A stretch of 64,000 bases of DNA from Histomonas meleagridis 2922-C6/04-290x (taxonomy: Eukaryota > Protista > Parabasalia): the NCBI GenBank assembly GCA_020184695.1, contig JAANOX010000278.1, forward strand, positions 455,562-519,561, read 5' to 3'. A program made the position numbers and the translations under genes. The first letter of the stretch is position 1. Every line of letters begins with the position of its first letter. Shown one piece after another: positions 1-10,746 of the stretch. Below the pieces are notes generated by a model. The model worked only from the letters and a program-made list of their open reading frames with translations. It did not search any database and had not been told where the DNA came from.

Positions 1-433
1 TTCATACGTGCTGTTTGAAATATCTGCTTTCAAAACTTCCTTTCTATTATGGGTTAGACCGCAAATAACTACTTTTATTGAATTCTTCTGTGCATGAACA
101 TATTGTGTTTATATCAATTTATCCATCATAAGCTGCATTATAAAGTATTGAAAATTGAGAATGATTTTTGTAGACATGTCAAAATTGACAAGTTTATTAA
201 TAACCAGTCTCAATTGACCTCATAGAAAATTTTCAAAACAAATGGCGCCGATGCGCTGGTTCAGTATTCAAAAAATTAAATGATAAACCTTTGAAAAAAC
301 AATGATTTTTTTGGGGGGTCCGAATATTGATGATTCCCTTGTGTGCGTTCGGAGGGGCTGCTGCAGAATAGTCTTACAAAAAGTTCAGCACTGAGTAAAG
401 AATTTGCTAAAAATGTTTATTATAATTAAAATT

Positions 434-2131
434 TCAAATAGAAGGAAACGGCTGGCTTTCGCACATGATGTCTTGGAGACTTCCCAAGTTATTTGCCAAA
501 TAGACAATTGCATTTTGTTCAATTGAATCATTTGTATCTTTAATGAACTTTTGCTTTTCAACATCAATTTCATGAATAACTCTTTTCGAAATTGAATCTC
601 TTTTTTGAATTGTTTCGTTATGTCGCGTTTGAAAGTCGTTTTCTAGTACGGAAACATTTTTAGCAATTTCATCATTTTCTTTCGAAGTAGAATTTGTTAC
701 TTGTTGATGCTGTTGAGATAACTGCAATAGAACTCTATGATGATCTTTAACCCTCGAAATGATATCCTGTAATTCCGCATTTATTTGTGCTTCGAGACCA
801 TTAATTGAGTCGAAAGTTTGTTGTTGATATATACCTAAAATTGATTCGATTTTCTTAATCGACATTTCTTTCTCTTTGTTCTTATCAGGTTTTGTTATTT
901 CTAATGCGTTTTCTTTTTGTATTATTGGGTTTGTTATGAATATTTCATCTTTTTTGGATGCGTAAATTCTTTTCTGTTGTTTTCGTTCAGGTAATTTGGG
1001 TTTAATTGTCGTTTGTTGATGTTCCATTTTTAAGTTTTGTTGGAATTGTGTGCAACGCTTCGAGAATTCGGTTTGAATTGATTTGGGACAATTCTCAACA
1101 AGAAACTGAAACTTTAATGGTTTCTTTGTTGTGATTTTCTCAAACGCAATAAGTTTCTCTTTTGTTGTGAATCGTATTGTTTTGTTACTTGTTGAATTTT
1201 CGCATATTTGTGAAAACCTAAACACAAATACGTCGGGTAAATCAATGGATTTATGTATTATACATGCAACTAATGTGTCTTGGTTTATGTCAAGCCAACC
1301 TTCGCCTTCAATTTTAACTCCGTTACAGATAAAACTAGTAAATTTGACATGAAGAATATTCTTTGACATCGGGATTTTAGCTCTTTGATTAATTAACATA
1401 ATAAATGAATGAATCGATTCACGAAAATTTGTTGCATTAATCGATGAAAAAGAAGATTCAAATTGGCCAAATACATTTTGAAGATGTGGTGACTTTGTAA
1501 GACATGACTTAACTCTCCATGTAAATTCTGTGACAAGCATTTGCGTTAATGAATCATTAGCTTCTTGTATTAATTTTAAACATTCCGAAATATGAACTTC
1601 ACTAAAATATTGTGAAAATAATTGTCGATTCTTTGGACTTTGTGAAATTAATGTAATTAATAATTGAAATAATGATGATAAAACTGATTCTGGAAGAACT
1701 AAATTAAACCCTAATTCTCGGGAAAAACGTTCAATGATTTCTGATAGTATGATATTCTTCATATCTGGATTATTTGAACATATCGTACTAACAACTTTAA
1801 GAAAATCTGCAGTTTCATTTTCAAATTGTGCTTTTTCATCAAATAGTAACACATTTGTAAGTAAGCCTATATCAGGTACAAGTTCAATGGGTAATGTATC
1901 TTTGACAATTTTTAGAAAAAATGAAAATGCCTTTATATGTTCAGGTTCATTTGGAATATAAGGAAATATTAGCTTTAAATTCATGATTCCTCTTCGATCA
2001 AGTCTTCCATGTTTTGTTGAAAACAATGAATTCCTGAATTTTTTCCAGAATTCATGGCTGCTCGGATCAATTGGATTGCTCAACAGCGCTTGTATTGATC
2101 CCGCTTCATTATTGCCTCCAAGTGTCGACAT
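434..2131 (-). CDS. Candidate SYCP2/Red1/ASY3-like meiotic axis protein (helical N-terminus, PH-like domain, C-terminal coiled coil)
   Basis: 565-aa ORF; first ATG at 2131 (track start 2134 is TTG). The segment DSLTQMLVTEFTWRV...FSSINATNFRESIHSFIMLIN...WLDINQD resembles the SYCP2 ARM-like/PH-like junction as recalled. The last ~140 aa are heptad-rich. Confidence 0.55.
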   Translation of the reverse strand: MSTLGGNNEAGSIQALLSNPIDPSSHEFWKKFRNSLFSTKHGRLDRRGIMNLKLIFPYIPNEPEHIKAFSFFLKIVKDTLPIELVPDIGLLTNVLLFDEKAQFENETADFLKVVSTICSNNPDMKNIILSEIIERFSRELGFNLVLPESVLSSLFQLLITLISQSPKNRQLFSQYFSEVHISECLKLIQEANDSLTQMLVTEFTWRVKSCLTKSPHLQNVFGQFESSFSSINATNFRESIHSFIMLINQRAKIPMSKNILHVKFTSFICNGVKIEGEGWLDINQDTLVACIIHKSIDLPDVFVFRFSQICENSTSNKTIRFTTKEKLIAFEKITTKKPLKFQFLVENCPKSIQTEFSKRCTQFQQNLKMEHQQTTIKPKLPERKQQKRIYASKKDEIFITNPIIQKENALEITKPDKNKEKEMSIKKIESILGIYQQQTFDSINGLEAQINAELQDIISRVKDHHRVLLQLSQQHQQVTNSTSKENDEIAKNVSVLENDFQTRHNETIQKRDSISKRVIHEIDVEKQKFIKDTNDSIEQNAIVYLANNLGSLQDIMCESQPFPSI

Positions 2132-2174
2132 CAAAACGAAATAAATGTTTTAACATCAAACATTTGATGCGAAT

Positions 2175-2182
2175 TAACCGTT
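2175..2182 (-). promoter_or_regulatory. M3-like (Myb-type) core promoter motif AACGGTTA
   Basis: Matches the trichomonad M3 consensus HRCSGTTD about 44 nt upstream of the 2131 ATG; short motif, could be chance. Confidence 0.35.
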
Positions 2183-2581
2183 TTTACACAAAAAGTGAAA
2201 AAAGAAAATAACAAAAAATTATCAAATAAAAAACATTCTTGAAGAGAAATTCTGAATTAAATATGAAATATTGGATCATCTTCAATGAGAGCGTTGCTCC
2301 TTCCGAAAGAATCAATTGATGAGTTAGCTGATAAAAATTATAATTTGAATCACACCATATGCTGTCTTTCCCATCTTCTATTCCAATACTTGAAGCAAAA
2401 AAATTCTGTACAAAATTTGAATTCATAATTTTGTTTTTATGAGAAAATTTTATTAATGTGGTCATACTCATTTGTGAAAAGTGATTTTTTTTAAGTTGTA
2501 TTCTGAATATTTTAAGGAAAATATAAATTTTTAAAAATTTTTGATCACAATAATCATTATTAAAAAAACATATTTTGATAA

Positions 2582-2640
<59 letters not shown>
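2582..2640. repeat. Compound microsatellite (AT)n(AC)n
   Basis: Directly visible dinucleotide run. Confidence 0.97.
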
Positions 2641-2644
<4 letters not shown>

Positions 2645-2654
2645 AATTACAAAT

Positions 2655-3861
2655 TTATTGAGTAATATTAGGTAATTTTGGTGGGAAAAAAGCATAATTA
2701 TATTGCAATTGATACAAATATTTAATGTATGCCATCCAAGAAAATGCCCAAAATGCTTCGCCTATTTCAGGTTTATTGCCTGGTCTATATCGAAATGCTT
2801 TTGCGGCAATTTTTAGTTCTTTTCTCATTTCGAGAATTTGGTCATTCGAATATTCTAAAAGTTGTTCATTTAATTTATTACTTTTATTTTCATTTATACG
2901 AATTGTAAATTTAGAATAATTCAATAAAACATTCTCAAATGGAAGCTGTGGTGGATAAAAAATCAAAAACAAATACAGGAATACACCCAAAGTAAACAGA
3001 ATCATAAAATAATTTGTTAAGATATGTCATATCTTTCTTTTGAAAAACGCAAAAGTCCGAATTACCATAGTATTTTAGCAGTTTTGTATTGGTTCCGAAC
3101 ACTGCTTTTTGTTTAGAATCATGAGAAATTGAAGTTCCAATTTGAGATTTTCCTTTTGAATTTGTTTGATTTATGGAAAATTCATGAATAAATATAGTGT
3201 GTTTGCGGGTTTGAGTCCAATTAACTTCATCAAAAGGATGATCAGGGAAATATGAAACTTGTGGAATAATTATGTTGCGATGACCATACCAGCCTCGGAG
3301 AGTTTCGCCGATTTTAGGATTTGGCAACGCAGCAATTGCATTTTTTGTGTAGATATATTTGCTAATTTGTAAATTTTCTAAATTGAGATCAAAGTTTGAT
3401 ACAATAACATGATCTAGACCAAGTCTTTTATTATACCAAGGATTATTAGAACGAACTTCTTTGACGTAATTTAAGGTATCTTTCATATCTTGGAAGGATT
3501 GTGTTACAAATGGAAGAAAGAATAAATTTGCTTCTTTTGGATTTTTTGTAATAATAGGTGATAACATTATTTCACTGCGAAGTTCATCTTCAACAGAATA
3601 TTGAAAATCTTTGTTATCAGAATTATTAATTTGTTTCAAATAATTAGAAACATTATAGCAATATATTTTTATTGGAGGGAAGTGATTATTGAAAAGCTCT
3701 ATATTTTGAGAATTCTCAGTAAGGGGAATTGATTCCTCATTAACTTGTTTAAAATCAAATGGAGTTGATATCATAATAAAAGCGAAAAGGATAAAAATTA
3801 TAAGAACTGCAATAATTGCATGCTCAAGTCCTTCTACTTTGGCATCCCGACGCAAGTACAT
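2655..3861 (-). CDS. Exostosin-family (GT47) glycosyltransferase, type II membrane, with one frameshift
   Basis: N-terminal TM; motifs TKNPKEANLFFLPF, GLDHVIV, SDFC, FYDSVYFGCIPV, then LPFE..LNYSKF in the next frame. Removing one base from the A6 run at 2957-2962 joins the two ORFs. ATG at 3861. Confidence 0.8.
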
Positions 3862-3906
3862 TTCAGTTCCCAAAATTCAGAGTCTTTTGATCAGAACCGT
3901 TATTAT

Positions 3907-6385
3907 ATGGATTCAAAATGCCTTCCAACAACACTTTCCTATAAATATGACTTCATTGAAATACCTGAACATGAACAAAATGAACAAGTAGGAGGAATGG
4001 AAGTACCTGTTTATATTTCACCTAAGAAAACACCTTTAGATAAATATTACAACTCTATTGAAGGTACCATATTTGCTACAAGTAATGCCAAACCAGTAAT
4101 CAATTGTTTTACCCAAGATAAGTTTCTACCAATATTTAGACCTCAAGATCAACCTGATTTATCAACAGTTCCAAATCCAAAAAATTACGCTTCATTTCAT
4201 GATTTTTCAATGGCCTTTGAACAGTGGTATCGAAAAGCAATAGTGTTTTTTTCACCTGTTATATTACCAAATCCATTATCAGGAGAATTTTACCTTATTT
4301 CAATGCCAAAGATATTTGAAAGGGATGAACGAAACAATCCAGGTCGTTTCCGTACATTTAAACCAGAACTTTGGCCTCTTCTTCCACAAAATTATCTAGA
4401 TATGGTTGATAAAATATATGATTCAAATAGTAAAATTGATCCAGATGAACTTTTTAAAGAGCTTCTTAGCACAGGAAACTAATGATAGCGTGTGTAATCA
4501 ATTTGATTGGGCACCAAAAAATATTAAATATCTCGATCGAGCTTCTATGAGTCTTCATGAACTATTTGTTGCAGACGTTGACAAATACGCTATCAAACCC
4601 AAAACTGATTCAATTTTATGTGTTTTTGATTTAGATGGCAAACAATTTGTCGATGAAATGATCAATTATGGAATCAAATGGGACTCAATAGAAAAGAATG
4701 AAATCATTCGGCCAAATAATTTTCTCAGAGGTGTACCAGAAAAAGACACACACAATGGTCAGATGTTAATAAGTCGCCGAAAATTTGATTTCAATTTAAT
4801 TATTAACTTACTTAAATTCAATTACACAAGACAACAATTTTGCTCTTTAATGGAGACTCAAGTACCAGCTTTGAAAACAAGCGCAGCTATTGCATCTTCT
4901 GGAATAATCTCAACAAACGAATTTTTCGGTTTTATCGCGTCACTTTCTGTCACTTCACCTTATCACAAATACCGTTTGTCGAACTTTTTGTATGCAATTG
5001 TCAGAAATAACCCCGACGATACGAAGCTTCTTGATTTTCTATTGGCAGACGACCGTTTACCTTTTTTCTATCATTTCATTTCTTTAGTGTTTTATAACAC
5101 ACCAAAGAATAAAAATCTTATACCTATTATCAGTGATCTTAAGAACGAACAAAATTTGAAAATTAACAAATTTTATCTTCTTGAAAATTTTGTCACATTA
5201 TTTAATGAATGTCTTGGCTATAAATTTTATACCAAATCGATTGAAATATGTCATAAGTTAGGATATGAATGTTCTAAATTACTTACTGATCGAAGTTACA
5301 TTGAGAAAATCAGATCATCACCTGATGAAGATTCATATAAAGTATTAATGATGATAATTCAAAGTGAAACACCACAACTTCAACGATTACTTTTGGGGAA
5401 TAACTTCTATCAATGGGTTTCCAAGAATGAGAAATATTCCAAAATACTTTGGTCAATAGCACATTCTTCGACTATTGAAACGTTTTGTAATATGTTTTCT
5501 AAATATGGATTTAATCCACAAGAACTTGAAACGTATTCACCTGAAGTCACACGTAACATTTGTTATTTCATTAATAATGTTTGTAATTATATTATTAATT
5601 TACCAAACAATTTACATGTTGATTTTTCAGGTGTTTCTTTAAATTCTATTTTTAAGTCTATTATTATGAGTTCTAATGAGAACATTTCGAAGTTATTAGT
5701 TCCGATTTCATTAATAATGAGTGACCCGAAGTTAATTTCTGATTTTAATTCGAATAAATATCAAGAATTACTTCTTGGTAATTGTGCGATATTATGTGCT
5801 GATCTGAATTCGTTATCATTCCCATTATGTTGTGAGCGTATTAAAGCATTAACATCATTCACTAAAATCGAAAATTGTTGTGTTACGATGACCGAAATTA
5901 CTGATTTTAATGAAACAATTGTTGCACTTTTACTTAAAGATCAAGATATTACGAGAATGAAAAGTTATTGGAAATTCATTCAACTATTATCGCGTTATCC
6001 GAATGTTCTTTCGAACATATTAAGTGCACCGAATGTTAAAAAATCAATTTCGACAATCATTAAAATGGATAACCCTTTGTTATCGAGAAAATTTTTCGAG
6101 TTTTCGAATTATTTGTTTAATAAAAATAAAAACCAAAAGCTGAAGAAGTTGTTGTTGGATGCAGTAATGCCTTCGATAGGAAGAATCGTAACTATATACC
6201 AAACATTTGGCGGAATATATAAAAATGATATAGCACTAAAACATAAATTCATTTCCTTCTTGTGCGCAGTGTTCGCAATGAAAGGGCAGGAAACAGAGGA
6301 ATTCATTCAGGCGTTCATTAAGCATTCGAAGGAAAATAGGTCGGCAATAGAAAAGAAACTGAATTCGTTGAAAAAGAATATGTGA
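3907..6385 (+). CDS. Hypothetical helical protein, probably one gene split by a frameshift near 4450
   Basis: ORFs 3820..4482 (first ATG 3907) and 4406..6385 overlap in different frames; deleting one T in the run near 4451-4455 fuses them. No family recognised. Confidence 0.6.
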
Positions 6386-6744
6386 TTACGGATAATTAAA
6401 GTTAGAAATAGAATTAAAGAGTAGAGAAAAAAGGCTTTTATTAAATCTTATTTTATGTTTATATTTTTTATTTATAATTCAAATTGTATTTTTGTTCCTA
6501 ATTTTATAGCGAACCTTAAGCTAACGTAAGCATGCTTTAGATAAAAGTACCTAATTTTGCATTTTTATTTGTTCACTGTTATACGTATTATGCCTTTATT
6601 TAGTTTCATGAAACTACATAAACAATATAATGGATCCTTCCACATTAATCTATTCTGTTTACCATTATTAATTATACGATTGTAGGGTAAAACAAATTTT
6701 ATAAAGACAGTTTAATTTTGATTACAAAGGATACTCAGCTTATG

Positions 6745-6746
<2 letters not shown>

Positions 6747-6775
<29 letters not shown>
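6747..6775. repeat. (AT)n microsatellite
   Basis: Directly visible. Confidence 0.95.
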
Positions 6776-6890
6776 CTCTGGTATGATTCAGTTATGAGCC
6801 CATTTCTGCAGAAAGACAATTTTTATATAAAGTATACAAATAAGTATAAAAGTGTCGCAAATAAACTTGTCAAATTATATTTTGCTTCAA

Positions 6891-8231
6891 ATGGACCCCA
6901 AAACACTGGAACTTCCCATCATTCAAAAATTATTAAAAAAGGAAGAAGTTACATGGATTAACCCAAAAATGGTAAACCCACCAGAGGCATTTGAAAATTT
7001 CAAATTAACTCTTCAAGATGTATTGGATGCTGAGAAAAGACTTCACAGGTTTGCTCCACTTATCAAGAAGATTTTTCCAGAAACAGAAAACACAAATGGA
7101 ATTATAGAATCACCACTTCAAGAAATACCAAACATGAAAAATCTCCTTAATGATTTTTGGAAATCCAATTTAACAGGCAACTTATACATAAAAATGGATT
7201 CTAACCTTCCAATTGCAGGTTCTGTCAAAGCACGTGGTGGTATTTATGAAGTTCTTAAACATGCTGAAGATCTTGCATTTTCCCATGGCCTTCTTCAACC
7301 AAACGATGATTACACCAAATTATCAGATCCTTCTATACGACAATTTTTTTCAACCTATTCCATTCATGTTGGTTCCACTGGTAATTTAGGTTTATCAATT
7401 GGTATTATTAGTGCCAGTCTTGGCTTCCAAGTTTATGTCCACATGTCACGTGATGCTAAGCAATGGAAAAAAGATCTTCTCCGCTCGAAGGGAGTCCACG
7501 TCATCGAATATTCTGGCGATTACAACGAAGCGGTTTTAAACGGTCGAATCCAATCATCGAAGGATCCGAAAAGTTATTTTATTGATGACGAAAATTCCAA
7601 TGATTTGTTTTTAGGGTATTCTGTTTCATGCTTACGTCTTAAGGAACAACTTAAGTCTCAAGGGCTTGAAATTAACAAAGAAAATCAACTTTTTGTATAC
7701 ATTCCATGTGGTGTTGGAGGAGCTCCAGGCGGAATTTCTTTTGGTTTAAAGCAAGAATATTGTGAGGATGTGCATATCTTTTTGGTTGAGCCTATTGAGG
7801 CATGTTGTATGTTATTAGGAATTACATCTGAGCTTTATGAGAATATATCTGTGAATGATATCGGACTAAGTTGTAAAACTGAGGCTGATGGACTTGCGTG
7901 CGCAAAGCCATCCAAATTAGTGTCGAAATTAATGGAGAAATTAATGAGCGGTGAGTTTACTGTGGATGATCAAAAGTTGTTCGTTTTCTTGAAACAACTT
8001 TTCGATTCTGAGAATATATTTATCGAGCCAAGTTCGTGCGCTGCTTTTATTGGGCCAACTTTGATCCAAAAGGATGAAAACTGTTTGCAGTATTTGGAAA
8101 GAAAAGGAATTAGCGACAAAATGGACAAGGCAACTCACATTGTATGGGCAACTGGTGGCGACTTGGTGCCAAGTGAAATCAGAGAAATGTACTACAAAAG
8201 AGGACAGGATCTGTACGAGAAAATAAAGTAA
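6891..8231 (+). CDS. dsdA: D-serine dehydratase (D-serine ammonia-lyase), bacterial DsdA type, PLP fold II
   Basis: Motifs KMDSNLPIAGSVKARGGIYEV (PLP lysine), VGSTGNLGLSIG, FIDDENS..LFLGYSV, PCGVGGAPGG, TEADGLAC, HIVWATGG. First ATG at 6891 (track start is GTG). Confidence 0.93.
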   Translation: MDPKTLELPIIQKLLKKEEVTWINPKMVNPPEAFENFKLTLQDVLDAEKRLHRFAPLIKKIFPETENTNGIIESPLQEIPNMKNLLNDFWKSNLTGNLYIKMDSNLPIAGSVKARGGIYEVLKHAEDLAFSHGLLQPNDDYTKLSDPSIRQFFSTYSIHVGSTGNLGLSIGIISASLGFQVYVHMSRDAKQWKKDLLRSKGVHVIEYSGDYNEAVLNGRIQSSKDPKSYFIDDENSNDLFLGYSVSCLRLKEQLKSQGLEINKENQLFVYIPCGVGGAPGGISFGLKQEYCEDVHIFLVEPIEACCMLLGITSELYENISVNDIGLSCKTEADGLACAKPSKLVSKLMEKLMSGEFTVDDQKLFVFLKQLFDSENIFIEPSSCAAFIGPTLIQKDENCLQYLERKGISDKMDKATHIVWATGGDLVPSEIREMYYKRGQDLYEKIK

Positions 8232-8683
8232 TTTAATGTATAAAGAAATTGTTTTTTATAGCGAATTCCTTGTAACAATTTCATTATCTACATTGTAACT
8301 GTTTGCAAATAAATTTTTTCATTTTATTCGATTGGTTTTAGAGAAAACTAAATATATTATTAATTGTTTTTATAAGAATTAATATACAAGTTGTTAATAT
8401 CATAATAAAAATATCCTTGAAGTTGTTTTGATTTGATATTGTAAAATGATACATTAAATTTCACTAAATTTATGACTACACTCTTTATATACCATCAATC
8501 ATTAATACAAAAAAATATGTTTTAAACTATTAAATACATAATTAAGATCTGCAAGAAAATCTATGAGAATTCTAATTTGTTATAAAATTAATTTTCTGAA
8601 CGTTCCAACTTTTTGATTGCTGTCAACAACATTTCGTATTCTTAAATGGCCGAACACTTATACGCTCAAAATCCATCTTTGCA

Positions 8684-9751
8684 ATGGTTTCTAAACATCT
8701 CCCGCTAGAGGAGTGCTATGAAATAATAACTTCTATAGCTGGCGGCACATGCGGTGATGTAATGAAAGGGAAAGACAAAAAGACAGGCGAAATTGTGGCA
8801 TTAAAAAGAATTAAAATTATAGATCCAAAAGGAGGTTTCCCAATGAATGCAATGAAAGAAATTCAATCACTCAAAGAACTTAAACATGAAAACATTGTTC
8901 AATTAAGACGGGTTTGTGTTAGTAATTCACAAGAAACAAATAGTGTATATTTAATATTTGATTACTGTGAATACGATCTTCAAGGACTACTTTCATTGAA
9001 GAAACTAACCCTTCTAGAAGTGAAATGTTATATGCGGCAATTAATGAATGCATTAAATGTTTGTGCAGAGCATAACTTCATTCATCGTGATCTGAAGCCT
9101 GCAAACCTTCTGTTGACGCCTGATAATGTTGTTAAACTTGCGGATTTTGGTCTTGTTAAAAAGATTGATCCAAAAGCAGTTACTAATAAACCTATGACAC
9201 CTAAAGTCATAACAATTTGGTACCGCCCACCGGAGCTTCTTATGGGTTCTACCAAATATGGTCTTGAAGTTGATATCTGGTCAGCTGGTTGCATATTATA
9301 TGAAATGATAACAAACGAAGTCTTGTTTCGTTCTTACATGGATCAAGAAGCAGATGAACTTTCTGCTATTTTCCGAGTATGTGGTTTTCCTAATGAGGAA
9401 ATTTGGCCAGGATGGACTAATCTACCAAATTCAAGTCTTGTCCAAAATATAAAGCCAAACTTTCCTATGTCAACACTAGCGGATCACCTCAATTCTCGGC
9501 TGCCCCCAGAGTTTGCTGAGGCTAATGACTTGATCCAAAAGATGGTTCAATTTGACCCGTCAAAGCGCATCACAGCAAAAGAAGCACTTTTGCACCCGTT
9601 TATAGGGGAAAATTTCGAAGAATTTACCCCTGAAAAATTGGAGAAAATGACTTTCCCAGAAGCTCATCAGTATAATATATCACGAAAGCCGGCACCAAAA
9701 AAGACTACAAGAACTCGGCCTAAAAGAGTTGTGCCACCAAAAATCAAATAG
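8684..9751 (+). CDS. CMGC cyclin-dependent kinase, CDK9/CDK12/CDKC-like
   Basis: VALKRIK, GFPMNAMKE (PITAIRE-like helix), HRDLKPANLL, DFG, VITIWYRPPELL, DIWSAGC; basic C-tail. Confidence 0.9.
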   Translation: MVSKHLPLEECYEIITSIAGGTCGDVMKGKDKKTGEIVALKRIKIIDPKGGFPMNAMKEIQSLKELKHENIVQLRRVCVSNSQETNSVYLIFDYCEYDLQGLLSLKKLTLLEVKCYMRQLMNALNVCAEHNFIHRDLKPANLLLTPDNVVKLADFGLVKKIDPKAVTNKPMTPKVITIWYRPPELLMGSTKYGLEVDIWSAGCILYEMITNEVLFRSYMDQEADELSAIFRVCGFPNEEIWPGWTNLPNSSLVQNIKPNFPMSTLADHLNSRLPPEFAEANDLIQKMVQFDPSKRITAKEALLHPFIGENFEEFTPEKLEKMTFPEAHQYNISRKPAPKKTTRTRPKRVVPPKIK

Positions 9752-10034
9752 AATGAAAAATATTGAGTTTTCGGATTTTCCGAAAAAAAACGCGGATTAG
9801 CTTCTCTTGCATGTTAGAATTTTTATAATCGTGAAGAGAAGGCAACTTCGTCAACAAAATGTTATATGTATTTAGAAGAGGTAGATTCTGGTTGACATGA
9901 AATAAACTTAAGTCTTTATTAATATGTTCTGTTCTTTATTAAAACAAAGAAAAATATAAATAATATGTGAATGGATTCTACAATAGAATGTACCTAATGG
10001 TACTTCCAAAATATATTAACATATAATCAATCGT

Positions 10035-10508
10035 CTATTCGGATGATGCAAAGAACAATTTTCCGATAAGAATCAAAGCTATTAAAAAATAGGAAATTTT
10101 GACAATAAAGTCAAATTTAGATGTAACTTCATTTGAGCCATTTCCTTGTTCATGCTTGTTGATAGGAGTAAACTTAGAAGGCTGAATTTTTTGAGTTACT
10201 TGAGATAATTGAACTTCATTGATTCTAGATGATCCATCCTTCCATTGAATATTCCTTTTGCTACTGGGAGTAATGGGTTCATTAACACTTGGTAGATATG
10301 TATAGTTTCTCTTTGAGCGTGGAAATAATTCAAAATTCCCACCATTTAAAATCACATTTGCAGATGCTTTGGTTATGCTTTCGACATCATCGCCCACAAG
10401 TGATTCTTCATTTCTGTCTTCTTCTTCCAATATAATATCCGAGTATTCGGACATCTGACCTGTTTTGCCACTTTTAATTTTAAACGGATTCCCTTCAGTG
10501 TGCCCCAT
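10035..10508 (-). CDS. Small hypothetical tail-anchored protein
   Basis: 157-aa ORF, acidic/low-complexity body, single C-terminal hydrophobic stretch (IVKISYFLIALILIGKLFFA). Alternative ATG at 10454. Confidence 0.6.
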   Translation of the reverse strand: MGHTEGNPFKIKSGKTGQMSEYSDIILEEEDRNEESLVGDDVESITKASANVILNGGNFELFPRSKRNYTYLPSVNEPITPSSKRNIQWKDGSSRINEVQLSQVTQKIQPSKFTPINKHEQGNGSNEVTSKFDFIVKISYFLIALILIGKLFFASSE

Positions 10509-10746
10509 TTCATATGCATAAGTTATACAAGCTAATTGTTGATTTGTGTTTTATAGTTCTTAAATTTAAGATGATATATTTATATTTTGGGCAATAGATG
10601 TTCTCTTTAATTTTCTAAAACACTAGAAAAAAGAAATTTTTGTCGGATATCATTCTTTTATTAATCAAAAACAAATATTGTAAACGCTTTATTCCGAAAT
10701 ATTCATTGTAATTTATAAAATTTAATAACCTAAAACCATATGAATT

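Noticed and set aside
2184-2639. 151-aa minus-strand ORF beginning MCVCVCV
   Set aside because: Starts inside the microsatellite and runs through AT-rich intergenic DNA; no protein-like features.
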